DNA of 31,496 bases, from positions 1-31,496 of IMG/VR virus record IMGVR_UViG_3300031839_000053; one strand, given 5' to 3'. The DNA is from a virus. Lineage: Duplodnaviria; Caudoviricetes. Numbering within the stretch: the first letter of the stretch is position 1; every line of letters starts with the position of its first letter. This document shows positions 7,658-16,415 of this stretch, in pieces. Made by a program: the position numbers and the translations under genes. Below the pieces are notes generated by a model. It did not search any database, was not told the DNA's origin, and saw nothing but the letters and a program-made list of their open reading frames with translations.

Positions 7658-9647
7658 TTTACTGCCCACTCCCTACCAAGAATTCATACACAAGTCACGT
7701 TACGCCCGTTGGATCGAAGACGAAGGTCGTCGTGAGAACTACGATGAAACTGTAGACCGATACATTAGTTACATGGTGTCTCACCTCAAAGACAAGTTTG
7801 ACTACGACTTGTCTGATGAAGACACAGAAGACTTGCGCGAAGCTGTGTTGAACTTGGAAATTATGCCATCCATGCGGGCTATGATGACCGCTGGACCCGC
7901 TTTAGCGCGAGACAACATCTGTGGGTACAACTGCAGTTACATACCAGTAGACAGTCCTCGTTCGTTTGACGAGTGCATGTACATTCTTATGTGCGGCACG
8001 GGTGTGGGCTTTTCTGTTGAGCGTGAAAACGTAGAGAAGCTGCCTGTTGTATCAGACAACTTTAGTAAGTCTAACACAGAAATAAACGTAGCTGACAGCA
8101 AGCCGGGATGGGCGAAGGCTTACAGAGAATTGATTGCGCTGTTGTACGCTGGGCAAATACCACAGTATAACGTAGACGGCATCCGTCCTGCAGGGGCACG
8201 ACTAAAGGTTATGGGTGGACGTGCCTCTGGGCCGCAGCCTCTTGTCGATCTGTTCAACTTCACTATCGACACATTTAAAAAGGCAAAAGGACGTAAGCTG
8301 TATCCAATAGAGTGTCACGATCTTATGTGTAAAGTAGGAGAAGTAGTGGTCGTTGGGGGTGTACGCCGCAGCGCACTCATCAGTCTGTCTAATTTAAACG
8401 ACGACCAAATGGCACACGCTAAGTCCGGTCAGTGGTGGGAACACGAGGGGCAACGTGCCCTAGCCAACAACTCTGTAGCGTACAAAACCAAACCAGAAAT
8501 GGGTACGTTTATGCGTGAGTGGTTGTCCCTTTACGATAGCAAGTCTGGGGAGCGTGGCATCTTTAATCGTGAAGCGGCTATTAAACAAGCTGCAAAAAAT
8601 GGTCGTAGAAAACTGCACGACAAACCATTACTTGATGATTCAGATTCACATTATACCATGCACCCACACAGAGATAAGTCAAGCTATATTGATTTTGGTA
8701 CAAACCCCTGCAGTGAAATTATACTGCGCCCGTATCAGTTCTGTAACTTGTCAGAGGTGGTGGTTCGGGAACACGATACCCTGCAAACCCTCAAGCGCAA
8801 AGTTCGTTTGGCAACCATCTTGGGGACTATACAGTCTACCCTGACTGATTTTAAATACCTTCGCAAAGTGTGGAAGGACAACACAGAAGAAGAACGTCTG
8901 CTTGGTGTTTCACTTACCGGTATTATGGATCACTCTGTTTTGTCAAAGAATGTGGACAGTAAGCGGTGGTTAGAAGAGATGCGTGACACTGCAGTCGAAA
9001 CAAACGAAGTGTACGCCAAGACTTTGGGCATACCACAGTCCGCTGCTATTACTTGCGTAAAGCCATCTGGGACCGTCTCACAGCTTGTTGACGCTGCTAG
9101 TGGTATACACGCTCGTCACAATAAACACTACGTGCGTACGGTGCGCGGAGACTCCAAAGACCCGCTTACCCAGTTCCTTATAGACTCTGGTGTACCTGCA
9201 GAACGTGACGTAACTAAGCCTGATTCCGTTATCGTGTTTTCTTTTCCTATGCAGTCACCACAGGGGGCAGTGACACGTACAGACATGAGTGCTGTCAACC
9301 AGCTAGAGTTGTGGAAAACATACGCACTGCACTGGTGTGAACACAAACCGTCTATCACTGTTACTGTCAAAGAAGATGAGTGGATGGAAGTTGGTGCGTG
9401 GGTGTACGAGAACTTTGACGTGGCATCTGGTGTGTCATTTCTTCCGTTTAGTGATCACACATACCAACAGGCACCATACCAAGACATAGAACCGGATGAA
9501 TATCTTGAGTGGAAAGATCGTATGACATACGTCAATCTTGACTGGTCACGGCTTACGGACTTTGAACGTGAGGACAATACAACAGGTTCGCGGGAGTTAG
9601 CGTGTACTGCTGGGGTGTGTGAAGTGGTAGACCTCAATGCAGCCTAA
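7650..9647 (+). CDS. nrdJ: Class II (adenosylcobalamin-dependent) ribonucleotide reductase
   Basis: MPSMR, YNCSY, GTGVGFS, GGVRRSA, catalytic TNPCSEI, FCNLSE, TCVKPSGT and C-terminal redox pair CTAGVC. No nrdB nearby. ATG 7650 has GAAGGA upstream. Confidence 0.92.
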   Translation: MNNLLPTPYQEFIHKSRYARWIEDEGRRENYDETVDRYISYMVSHLKDKFDYDLSDEDTEDLREAVLNLEIMPSMRAMMTAGPALARDNICGYNCSYIPVDSPRSFDECMYILMCGTGVGFSVERENVEKLPVVSDNFSKSNTEINVADSKPGWAKAYRELIALLYAGQIPQYNVDGIRPAGARLKVMGGRASGPQPLVDLFNFTIDTFKKAKGRKLYPIECHDLMCKVGEVVVVGGVRRSALISLSNLNDDQMAHAKSGQWWEHEGQRALANNSVAYKTKPEMGTFMREWLSLYDSKSGERGIFNREAAIKQAAKNGRRKLHDKPLLDDSDSHYTMHPHRDKSSYIDFGTNPCSEIILRPYQFCNLSEVVVREHDTLQTLKRKVRLATILGTIQSTLTDFKYLRKVWKDNTEEERLLGVSLTGIMDHSVLSKNVDSKRWLEEMRDTAVETNEVYAKTLGIPQSAAITCVKPSGTVSQLVDAASGIHARHNKHYVRTVRGDSKDPLTQFLIDSGVPAERDVTKPDSVIVFSFPMQSPQGAVTRTDMSAVNQLELWKTYALHWCEHKPSITVTVKEDEWMEVGAWVYENFDVASGVSFLPFSDHTYQQAPYQDIEPDEYLEWKDRMTYVNLDWSRLTDFEREDNTTGSRELACTAGVCEVVDLNAA

Positions 9648-9774
9648 ACAAAATAAACTACTTGTGTGGAAGCGGGGAGTAGATTATATTATCTACAATC
9701 CTCCACGCAAGTCGGAACAGTGGGATGAGTGGCAGAAAGTGAAAGAAAAGGATGAACAAAAGATTCGCTCCTAA
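9637..9774 (+). CDS. Small hypothetical protein (45 aa), not in the ORF track
   Basis: Manual translation: MQPKQNKLLVWKRGVDYIIYNPPRKSEQWDEWQKVKEKDEQKIRS*. Bridges the gap between nrdJ and the GIY-YIG gene and overlaps both. Confidence 0.5.
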   Translation: MQPKQNKLLVWKRGVDYIIYNPPRKSEQWDEWQKVKEKDEQKIRS

Positions 9775-10237
9775 TCCATACACAGGAAATCCTATGTATT
9801 ACAAGGATAACCCTGATTCTGTTCGTAAAAGAGATGCAAACAGGATGTACGTTAATGGTAAAGAAATATCAAAAAAACATCCCCTACACAAACCCGGAAA
9901 CTACAAATCCCTTAGTCATGCGTGGTCACATGAAAAGATAGATAAAACGCTTGAAGGAGATGTGTACGCTATAGTCAATCCTGCGTGGGAAGGCTGGGTT
10001 AAAATTGGTAAGGCTAGTTTTGCAGACGACAGATTAAATACGTATCAAACATCCTCCCCTCATAGGGACTACACTATACTTGCCCAAATACACACAGACA
10101 ACAAACATGAAAAAGAACTTGTAATGCACAGAATTTTTGAAGATAATGCAGAAGCCCGTAAGGGTGAGTGGTTTAAAATTCCAGAAGCAGACGCAGTGCT
10201 TTTATTTTTACAGGAGAGCGAAGAAGATGACAGATAA
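9752..10237 (+). CDS. GIY-YIG superfamily (T5orf172/MUG113-like) nuclease-domain protein
   Basis: DVYAI...WVKIGKA...RLNTYQTSSP...E..MH..F...RKGEWF, with a basic N-terminal extension. Confidence 0.8.
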   Translation: MNKRFAPNPYTGNPMYYKDNPDSVRKRDANRMYVNGKEISKKHPLHKPGNYKSLSHAWSHEKIDKTLEGDVYAIVNPAWEGWVKIGKASFADDRLNTYQTSSPHRDYTILAQIHTDNKHEKELVMHRIFEDNAEARKGEWFKIPEADAVLLFLQESEEDDR

Positions 10238-10454
10238 AGAAGAATCTGTAGTAACTATCAACGACAAAGAATATCTACTAAGTGACTTGGATAATACCCA
10301 GAGGTACTTACTTGTGCAAATACAAGAAGTAACAAACAACATACGCAGCTTAAACATGAGAGTTGCACAGGCACAAGCTGCACTTACTATGTTCAAGGGC
10401 ACTCTTGTTAAATCTTTGGAAGAGACAGATGATACAAGTGAAGATAACGCCTAG
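10227..10454 (+). CDS. Small coiled-coil hypothetical protein
   Basis: ATG 10227 after AGGAGA; VTINDKEY..SDL followed by heptad-like sequence. Confidence 0.7.
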   Translation: MTDKEESVVTINDKEYLLSDLDNTQRYLLVQIQEVTNNIRSLNMRVAQAQAALTMFKGTLVKSLEETDDTSEDNA

Positions 10455-10917
10455 TATAATTAGTCGCGCAAAAAAGAAAGCCGCCACTGTAGGTAATCTA
10501 CAGGGCAGCATCACAGGCAGCTTGAGTCATGTGGTGGGTGCAATAGGCGAGATAATTGTAGCCGACATTATGGGTGCGGACGAGTCTAACACCTACGACT
10601 ACGATTTGGTGAGGGACGGGGAGCGTATTGACGTAAAGACAAAACGCTGCAACACCCGCCCCTTTCCACACTACGATTGTTCGGTGGCTGCACACGGGAC
10701 CAACCAAAACTGCGACAGTTATGTTTTTGTTCGTATTCTTACTGACACGTCTCGTGCGTGGATATTGGGATCAATACCTAAATCAGACTTCTACACAAGG
10801 GCAACAAAGTACAAACGGGGCGACATTGATCCCACAAACGGTTTCACGTTTAAGGCCGATTGTTATAATCTACCTATTAGTGAGTTGTCTGATGTCAAAC
10901 AAAGCGTCACTGTTTAA
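10429..10917 (+). CDS. Hypothetical protein with restriction-endonuclease-like PD-(D/E)XK motif
   Basis: GAIGE...YDYDLVRDGERIDVKTK pattern; start ATG 10429. Confidence 0.6.
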   Translation: MIQVKITPSIISRAKKKAATVGNLQGSITGSLSHVVGAIGEIIVADIMGADESNTYDYDLVRDGERIDVKTKRCNTRPFPHYDCSVAAHGTNQNCDSYVFVRILTDTSRAWILGSIPKSDFYTRATKYKRGDIDPTNGFTFKADCYNLPISELSDVKQSVTV

Positions 10918-11107
10918 GTTCGAAGCAAACCTACTTCCCAACGGAAAGGTCGAGTTGCTTAGTGAATCAGTAAAGCCTGAAGAGTTTGAGGGTGTAATGA
11001 ACAAGGGGATGCCAGAGTACGATGGTTCGCACTCAATAGCATCCCTGTTGCGTTACTTGAAGTTTTGGTCAGATGAAGCTATGGAGAAGTCAACGAAGTA
11101 CGTTTAG
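10892..11107 (+). CDS. Hypothetical protein, last gene of the + arm
   Basis: ATG 10892 overlaps the upstream gene; its TAG overlaps the TAA of the convergent gene. Confidence 0.6.
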   Translation: MSNKASLFKFEANLLPNGKVELLSESVKPEEFEGVMNKGMPEYDGSHSIASLLRYLKFWSDEAMEKSTKYV

Positions 11108-11391
11108 CTTTTGCCTTTGCCGTCTGCGGCGTAAAACGGAACCATATCACCGGCTTTGTTCTTTACCATTTTCAGCTTGCCTCCGCCAGCCATCATTGGC
11201 ATCATGGGATTCATATTCATGCGCTTGTTCTGACGTTCGTTTTGTGTCATTGTGCTAGTCATCATGCCCCCCGCTTGAGCCTTCTTGCGGGGTTTCTTTT
11301 TGGTTGTCATGCCGCCGTACATCATTGGCTTGCGCTTTGCAGCACCACCGTACATCATGCCCTTGCGCTGGCCGTTAGTGTAAGTTTTCAT
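11104..11391 (-). CDS. Small basic Met/Lys-rich protein with repeated GG motifs
   Basis: Repeats KGMMYGG, KPMMYGG, KAQAGG and MMAGGG. AAGGAG RBS; TAATG coupling with the upstream giant gene. Confidence 0.75.
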   Translation of the reverse strand: MKTYTNGQRKGMMYGGAAKRKPMMYGGMTTKKKPRKKAQAGGMMTSTMTQNERQNKRMNMNPMMPMMAGGGKLKMVKNKAGDMVPFYAADGKGKS

Positions 11392-14300
11392 TAGTTTGCT
11401 CCTTGAGGTTGTATCGGCATACCTGCTCCAAATAGTCTTTGTGCATCCGACTGTTGATTATCCTGTATCTCTAAAAGTTGTTGTCGTGATCTTACGGTTC
11501 TACCTACTCTTAAAGCGTCTGTAGGTGCGCCCATTGTAAATTCGTGTCCTGTGTCAGTACGGATTCTTACGGGTTCAGGTTGTTTTGTGGCGTTGTATCT
11601 TTCTAAACCAACAGTGAGCATTTGAAACAACTGTTTTTCTTTTTCAAATGGAAGAGGCTTGCCCGTCCTAACCATCTCCATAAAATACTCACCCACTTTA
11701 GGATTTTGTATAATTTGGGTTAGTATGGACATATTTCTGTTTCGCATTTGTTGTAACACAGCCTCAGTTCCCACATACCTAAAGCTAACTACACCTCTAT
11801 TGATTGCGTAAAAGCGACTGATGTAACTTTCGACTGAGAAACTACGAGGTATGCCAGTAAATCTGATGCGGTTATCTAATTTGGTTTGCTCTTCAGATAA
11901 AAATGCTAACACAGACATGTATGTTTTGTATGCGTCTGCTCCCACTGCTTCTTCCACAGCTTGTGCAACGTCACGATTGTCCAGCCCCAGTAGCTTACGT
12001 AATTCAGGAAGATTTAAATCGTAGTCTGGTGTTAGACGAGTTGCTCCCGTAATACCTTTTGCTCCTGTATTAGCAGTGAACGTGCCTGTAGGAGTAAAAG
12101 CAGCGTTCTCCATAGCGTCAGTTATTACAGCGCGAAGAACTTCCGTTACTTCTTCGTCGGACATCTTGGCAGTTTCTTTTAGATGTTTTTTAAGAACAGC
12201 AATTCTTTCAGGACCACCCTCTATGAGAACACTAGCTGCCTTTCTTGCATCTATGTTTTCTGGGCTAAATCTTTGCAAGAAATCTACGGAAGTTTGTACA
12301 CCTCTTTTGACCAAAGATACCTGCCGGGTTACTTCTTTTGCATTTTCTTCCGCTACTTTCTTGTACTGTTTTTGTGCGTCGTTAAATGCAAGCTCACCTA
12401 CAGACTCTTCATAAATATCTGTAAACTCCCTAAATATACGTTTGGTGTCTAGCAGAGGCACTTCATTTCCAGCCTCATCTATTCCCGTAAATATTTGTTC
12501 ATATCTAGTTGATAGCTGATCAAACTGTTTGAAGGTCATCTGACCATTTTCTATTTGTCCCAACAACCATTCCCTGTACGTGGCTGCAAGGGACTCTTTT
12601 ACAAACTTTCCATCCTCAGTGCGTAGATCAATTTTACGGGTTCCATCTTCTTGTAATGTGCCCATCGCCTCTTTTAAAAATCCAAAGTCTTTGGTTGCAT
12701 CTCCAGAATTTTTGGATGACCATGTTTGTACGTCTAGCCAAGTTATCGGAGGATTGTCGCCATACGTCATAGATCCGGGATGATCAGGACTAGGAGTACG
12801 AAAAACTCTTGGTTCTCCCTTAAAAGTATCAGTCCCCATCCACTTTGATATTAAGGGGTTGCCGTTTCTAAACCTGTTGTTAAATTCTGACCATCCTGCG
12901 TCTGCAATTCTTAGAGCCTCACGAACAGGCACTTCAACCTTGCGCCCATCAGGCGTGGTTACGGTAGCAAATAAATCGAATACTTTCATGCGTGTTCCGT
13001 CTTCACTTGTTACACTGAAGTTGTTGAGTGTTTCTTCTGTAGCTGTTTGAAGCTTGTAGTAGTCGGACTCTGCTGCAGTATTACCCGCTTTACCTGCACG
13101 AAATGCAAGTTGTCCAAGCCCCTCTTTAGCTTCTTTTATCTGTAGAAAATCTAGCGGAAACACTTCTACGTCTCTTCCTTTTGCTAGGTTTTCATCACGC
13201 ATAAATTTTACAACGGCTAATTCTAGGGGCACATTCTTTGCGAGATTATCTCCAGCACGAGCTTGCACGGACTCTATAAAATCTTCTACTTCTACGCCTC
13301 GTTTTGCTGCTAAATTAATCAACACACCCTTTGCAGAATTGTTCAACGTGCCTACAAGTTTGTTCATTTTACTAGCGTTTACTGCGTCAGGACTCATAGC
13401 CTTTAGTAGCTCTAGGTTTGTATCTTTACCTAGCGCAATGAAGATTTGATCAAGGAGATTACCTCCGTCAGCGGTAGCTACCCCAGTTACTCTTTGTCCG
13501 CTTGGCCCCGGTGATAACTTAAACACTTGTCCATTCAATTCTTTGTATGGTAGTGCTGCTTGTTGGTGCGCTGTCGAGTACGCATTTTCTACGCCCAGTG
13601 CAAACAAATCGTGGGGCTTTTCATAAAGAGGCAAAGCTTTTTGTGTTTTTGCGTCTGTAAAAATATCCCCTGCTGTTGTTTTTGTCCTGTACGCTGATGG
13701 TAAAATGTCTCGTATTGTGCCTGTAAGTTTAGCGGTTATTTCTGCTGCAAAAGAGTTTGACGTAGTGATGATACGCTCTCTCATAGCTGAAGCATCTTGA
13801 GGATTGATAAAGGTTATATTTTCTCCTTTTAAACGGGAGATAACATCAGGCATATTTTTGTATGCGTTTTCAGACATGCTATGTGCTAAACCATCTTCAG
13901 TGCCCGTAATTATAGCTTTAGCTATCTCTTCCCCATTAGATTGTAAGAAATCTAAGTCGGCCTCCAACTGCATGTTTTTTGCGTTTGCGTTTTCCAGTGC
14001 AGCTTCAATAGTATCGTATAGCTTTTTAACTCCTGATCCCTCTGTTCTAGCCTCTGCATTTTGTCCCAAACGCTCAAACAAGATACGGAGTTCCGCAACC
14101 AATTCCCCAGAGGCGTTTTTAATATTTTGCAATTCTGCCATTGCATCACTAAACTGCGCTGTTCCGGGAGCGTCTAAATTCATACGCATACCCTCTTCTA
14201 AGGTCTGCAGTATGGACAGCTTCATTATACCTGCTGCTGATTTCATTGTTAGTTGAGAAGGCACTCCCTTACCCACTAGCTCTTGAGATAAACCATCGAA

Positions 14301-16403
14301 GTACTCAACACGGGCCATGACTCCAGCCACAAAATCTTCATCCATGCCTCTCATGTTTTTGCCCAGACGAACTGCATTTATGAGGGCCATGAAGTCTCCT
14401 GAACCTACTCCAAGATCTTTTCTTCCTCTAAGCATATCCTTTACGAATATAAAAGCAGATCCTGCGTTGCTCATGCCGTACAAACCCATGCCTGTCATGC
14501 TACCTATAAACTCCCACAGCATAGCATCACCACCGTAGTTTTGGCCTATGATATTACCTGCAGCACCTCCTAAAATAATAGAGGCGTCTAGACTCGTGCT
14601 AGTTCGCATAAACGCAGGTACTTCAGATAGTGCTGTAATTTTACGGAGTTCATCCCTGCTTCTGTCTATCTGTCGTGTCAGTTCATCAAGTCTCTCTTGA
14701 TCTTGTATTGAAGCTGGTTTTCCGCTTTGATCAATCTTGTTGCGAAGAGCCATACGTTCTCTTCTTTTTGAATTGCGGTATCTTATAAAACTATTTACTT
14801 CGTTACGCTTTCCAACCTGTAACGCGGCGTCTTCTAATTGGAACCCGGCCTTCAATGCGCTTGTAGTTCGAAAGCCGTTTATAGCAGCTATAGGTTTAGC
14901 AGCAAGATCTACGGCTCCTGCTATTCCCCGTTGTACTCCAAGCAAAGGAACTTTTAAAATTTTGTCGTGTATCACGTCGCTCTTTACAGAAAAAGACCCA
15001 AGAGGTGTATCTACTTCTTGTTTTCTTTTTGCCTTATACCGCATAATAATATCTTCAGGGGTGATATCCTTGTATTTCTTTTGCATATCATTTGCAAATA
15101 TCTTAAATCTTTGTTGTTCTTTTGCACCACGTAAGCCTATTACAAATCTACTTAGTGTACCTGCAGCTTTTTCTTGTATGGCAATGGTAGCAAGAGCAGT
15201 GGTGGGACTAGAAAAAAATCTAGACAGTTGTTCAGCGTGGGCGTATGTAACGTCTAAGCCTACTGAGTCATAATGATCCTGTATTATGCCAGCTTGACGG
15301 GGCAACCACCGATCATACAAAGCTTCTCTTCCCTGCGGTGTACTAAGATTGTATCCTCCTATGCCTTCTAAATTTAGTTGGGCGTTCCACAGAGTTAGGG
15401 CTTCAAATCCTTCGCCTACCATCCAAGTAACAGCATCCGCACCAAAGCGTAAAGCTTCTGTGGCTGAACCTACAAGTAAACTCTTGTCCCCGTATGCAAT
15501 GGCTGACCCAAACGGAGTGCCCTCTAGGGCGGGAACAAGTTGTTTCAAGGATATGCGGTGCTTGAGTACCCCTGCAATGTTACGTTCGCTCATGCCTTGT
15601 TTTCTAAAATATTCAACAAACTTCATTGCAAACGCAGCGTCGAGAGTTTCTTTGTTGCTTCCTCGTGACACAAAAATGTCAGGTAAACCACTGTCTTTTT
15701 CAATAAAAGGTAAGTCTTGTTCAAAAAACAAGTCTAATTCTTCTGGCTGCTTAGTCCACTGTTCTGTAATTTTATCAAACGGAATAGCTACGGTAGAACG
15801 TATAGGCTCCCCCGTACCACTTGTAGCTGTGTATTCTAGACTCAAAGCTTGACCGCTGTTCAAAAGTTTTTCTCGTTCTGCAAAAGAAGCAGGACCAAGC
15901 GGAGCAAACGAAAACCTTTTCATGGGGTAGTTACCATCAGCATCTGGAGCTACCGTAGTATCCCTAGCCAAAAATCCAGAGGCGTTCATCACCTTTTTTT
16001 CGTATACTTCTTGGGATATTCCAGCAGCATCGTACGCTTCTTTGACTGTTACAATATTTTGTACTTTGCTTTTGTCTATTACGTTTTCACGTTGAGTAGT
16101 AAATCCAGCCCCAGTGAACGGCATGTCTTGGAGTGTTTTTGTAACTTCTCCTGTCAACGCGGGAGAGAGGGGAGGTTTCTTTTCTAGACTGACTGGAAGG
16201 TATCCCAATCCTGTCATCTGTCCGGGAAGACGGTACTCTGACGTGGCTAGTTCTTCAGGGTTTGGATCAGTCAGCGGCAAAGGCTTTGGTAAATCAAGTT
16301 GCTCCTCCCCAGCGTACTCTTCAATAGTAGTCGCTGTATTCTCCTCCTCTGGTTGAGGAGGTTGTGGAAGGTTTTGATTTGCGGAGTTTAAGATATCTAC
16401 CAT
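11391..16403 (-). CDS. Very large probable internal virion/ejection protein (1670 aa)
   Basis: Size, position at the end of the podoviral structural arm, helical character and Gly-rich hydrophobic segments. No catalytic motif recognised. Confidence 0.65.
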   Translation of the reverse strand: MVDILNSANQNLPQPPQPEEENTATTIEEYAGEEQLDLPKPLPLTDPNPEELATSEYRLPGQMTGLGYLPVSLEKKPPLSPALTGEVTKTLQDMPFTGAGFTTQRENVIDKSKVQNIVTVKEAYDAAGISQEVYEKKVMNASGFLARDTTVAPDADGNYPMKRFSFAPLGPASFAEREKLLNSGQALSLEYTATSGTGEPIRSTVAIPFDKITEQWTKQPEELDLFFEQDLPFIEKDSGLPDIFVSRGSNKETLDAAFAMKFVEYFRKQGMSERNIAGVLKHRISLKQLVPALEGTPFGSAIAYGDKSLLVGSATEALRFGADAVTWMVGEGFEALTLWNAQLNLEGIGGYNLSTPQGREALYDRWLPRQAGIIQDHYDSVGLDVTYAHAEQLSRFFSSPTTALATIAIQEKAAGTLSRFVIGLRGAKEQQRFKIFANDMQKKYKDITPEDIIMRYKAKRKQEVDTPLGSFSVKSDVIHDKILKVPLLGVQRGIAGAVDLAAKPIAAINGFRTTSALKAGFQLEDAALQVGKRNEVNSFIRYRNSKRRERMALRNKIDQSGKPASIQDQERLDELTRQIDRSRDELRKITALSEVPAFMRTSTSLDASIILGGAAGNIIGQNYGGDAMLWEFIGSMTGMGLYGMSNAGSAFIFVKDMLRGRKDLGVGSGDFMALINAVRLGKNMRGMDEDFVAGVMARVEYFDGLSQELVGKGVPSQLTMKSAAGIMKLSILQTLEEGMRMNLDAPGTAQFSDAMAELQNIKNASGELVAELRILFERLGQNAEARTEGSGVKKLYDTIEAALENANAKNMQLEADLDFLQSNGEEIAKAIITGTEDGLAHSMSENAYKNMPDVISRLKGENITFINPQDASAMRERIITTSNSFAAEITAKLTGTIRDILPSAYRTKTTAGDIFTDAKTQKALPLYEKPHDLFALGVENAYSTAHQQAALPYKELNGQVFKLSPGPSGQRVTGVATADGGNLLDQIFIALGKDTNLELLKAMSPDAVNASKMNKLVGTLNNSAKGVLINLAAKRGVEVEDFIESVQARAGDNLAKNVPLELAVVKFMRDENLAKGRDVEVFPLDFLQIKEAKEGLGQLAFRAGKAGNTAAESDYYKLQTATEETLNNFSVTSEDGTRMKVFDLFATVTTPDGRKVEVPVREALRIADAGWSEFNNRFRNGNPLISKWMGTDTFKGEPRVFRTPSPDHPGSMTYGDNPPITWLDVQTWSSKNSGDATKDFGFLKEAMGTLQEDGTRKIDLRTEDGKFVKESLAATYREWLLGQIENGQMTFKQFDQLSTRYEQIFTGIDEAGNEVPLLDTKRIFREFTDIYEESVGELAFNDAQKQYKKVAEENAKEVTRQVSLVKRGVQTSVDFLQRFSPENIDARKAASVLIEGGPERIAVLKKHLKETAKMSDEEVTEVLRAVITDAMENAAFTPTGTFTANTGAKGITGATRLTPDYDLNLPELRKLLGLDNRDVAQAVEEAVGADAYKTYMSVLAFLSEEQTKLDNRIRFTGIPRSFSVESYISRFYAINRGVVSFRYVGTEAVLQQMRNRNMSILTQIIQNPKVGEYFMEMVRTGKPLPFEKEKQLFQMLTVGLERYNATKQPEPVRIRTDTGHEFTMGAPTDALRVGRTVRSRQQLLEIQDNQQSDAQRLFGAGMPIQPQGAN

Positions 16404-16415
16404 AAAATTTTCCTG

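Noticed and set aside
8600-8720. Intein or intron in nrdJ
   Set aside because: The insert is too short, lacks the C/S...HN splice termini, and the frame is uninterrupted.
11391-16403. Giant protein as a virion RNA polymerase or lytic transglycosylase
   Set aside because: I could not find DxDGD, T7-type RNAP motifs or an ES...GLMQ signature; a highly diverged domain cannot be excluded without a structural search.
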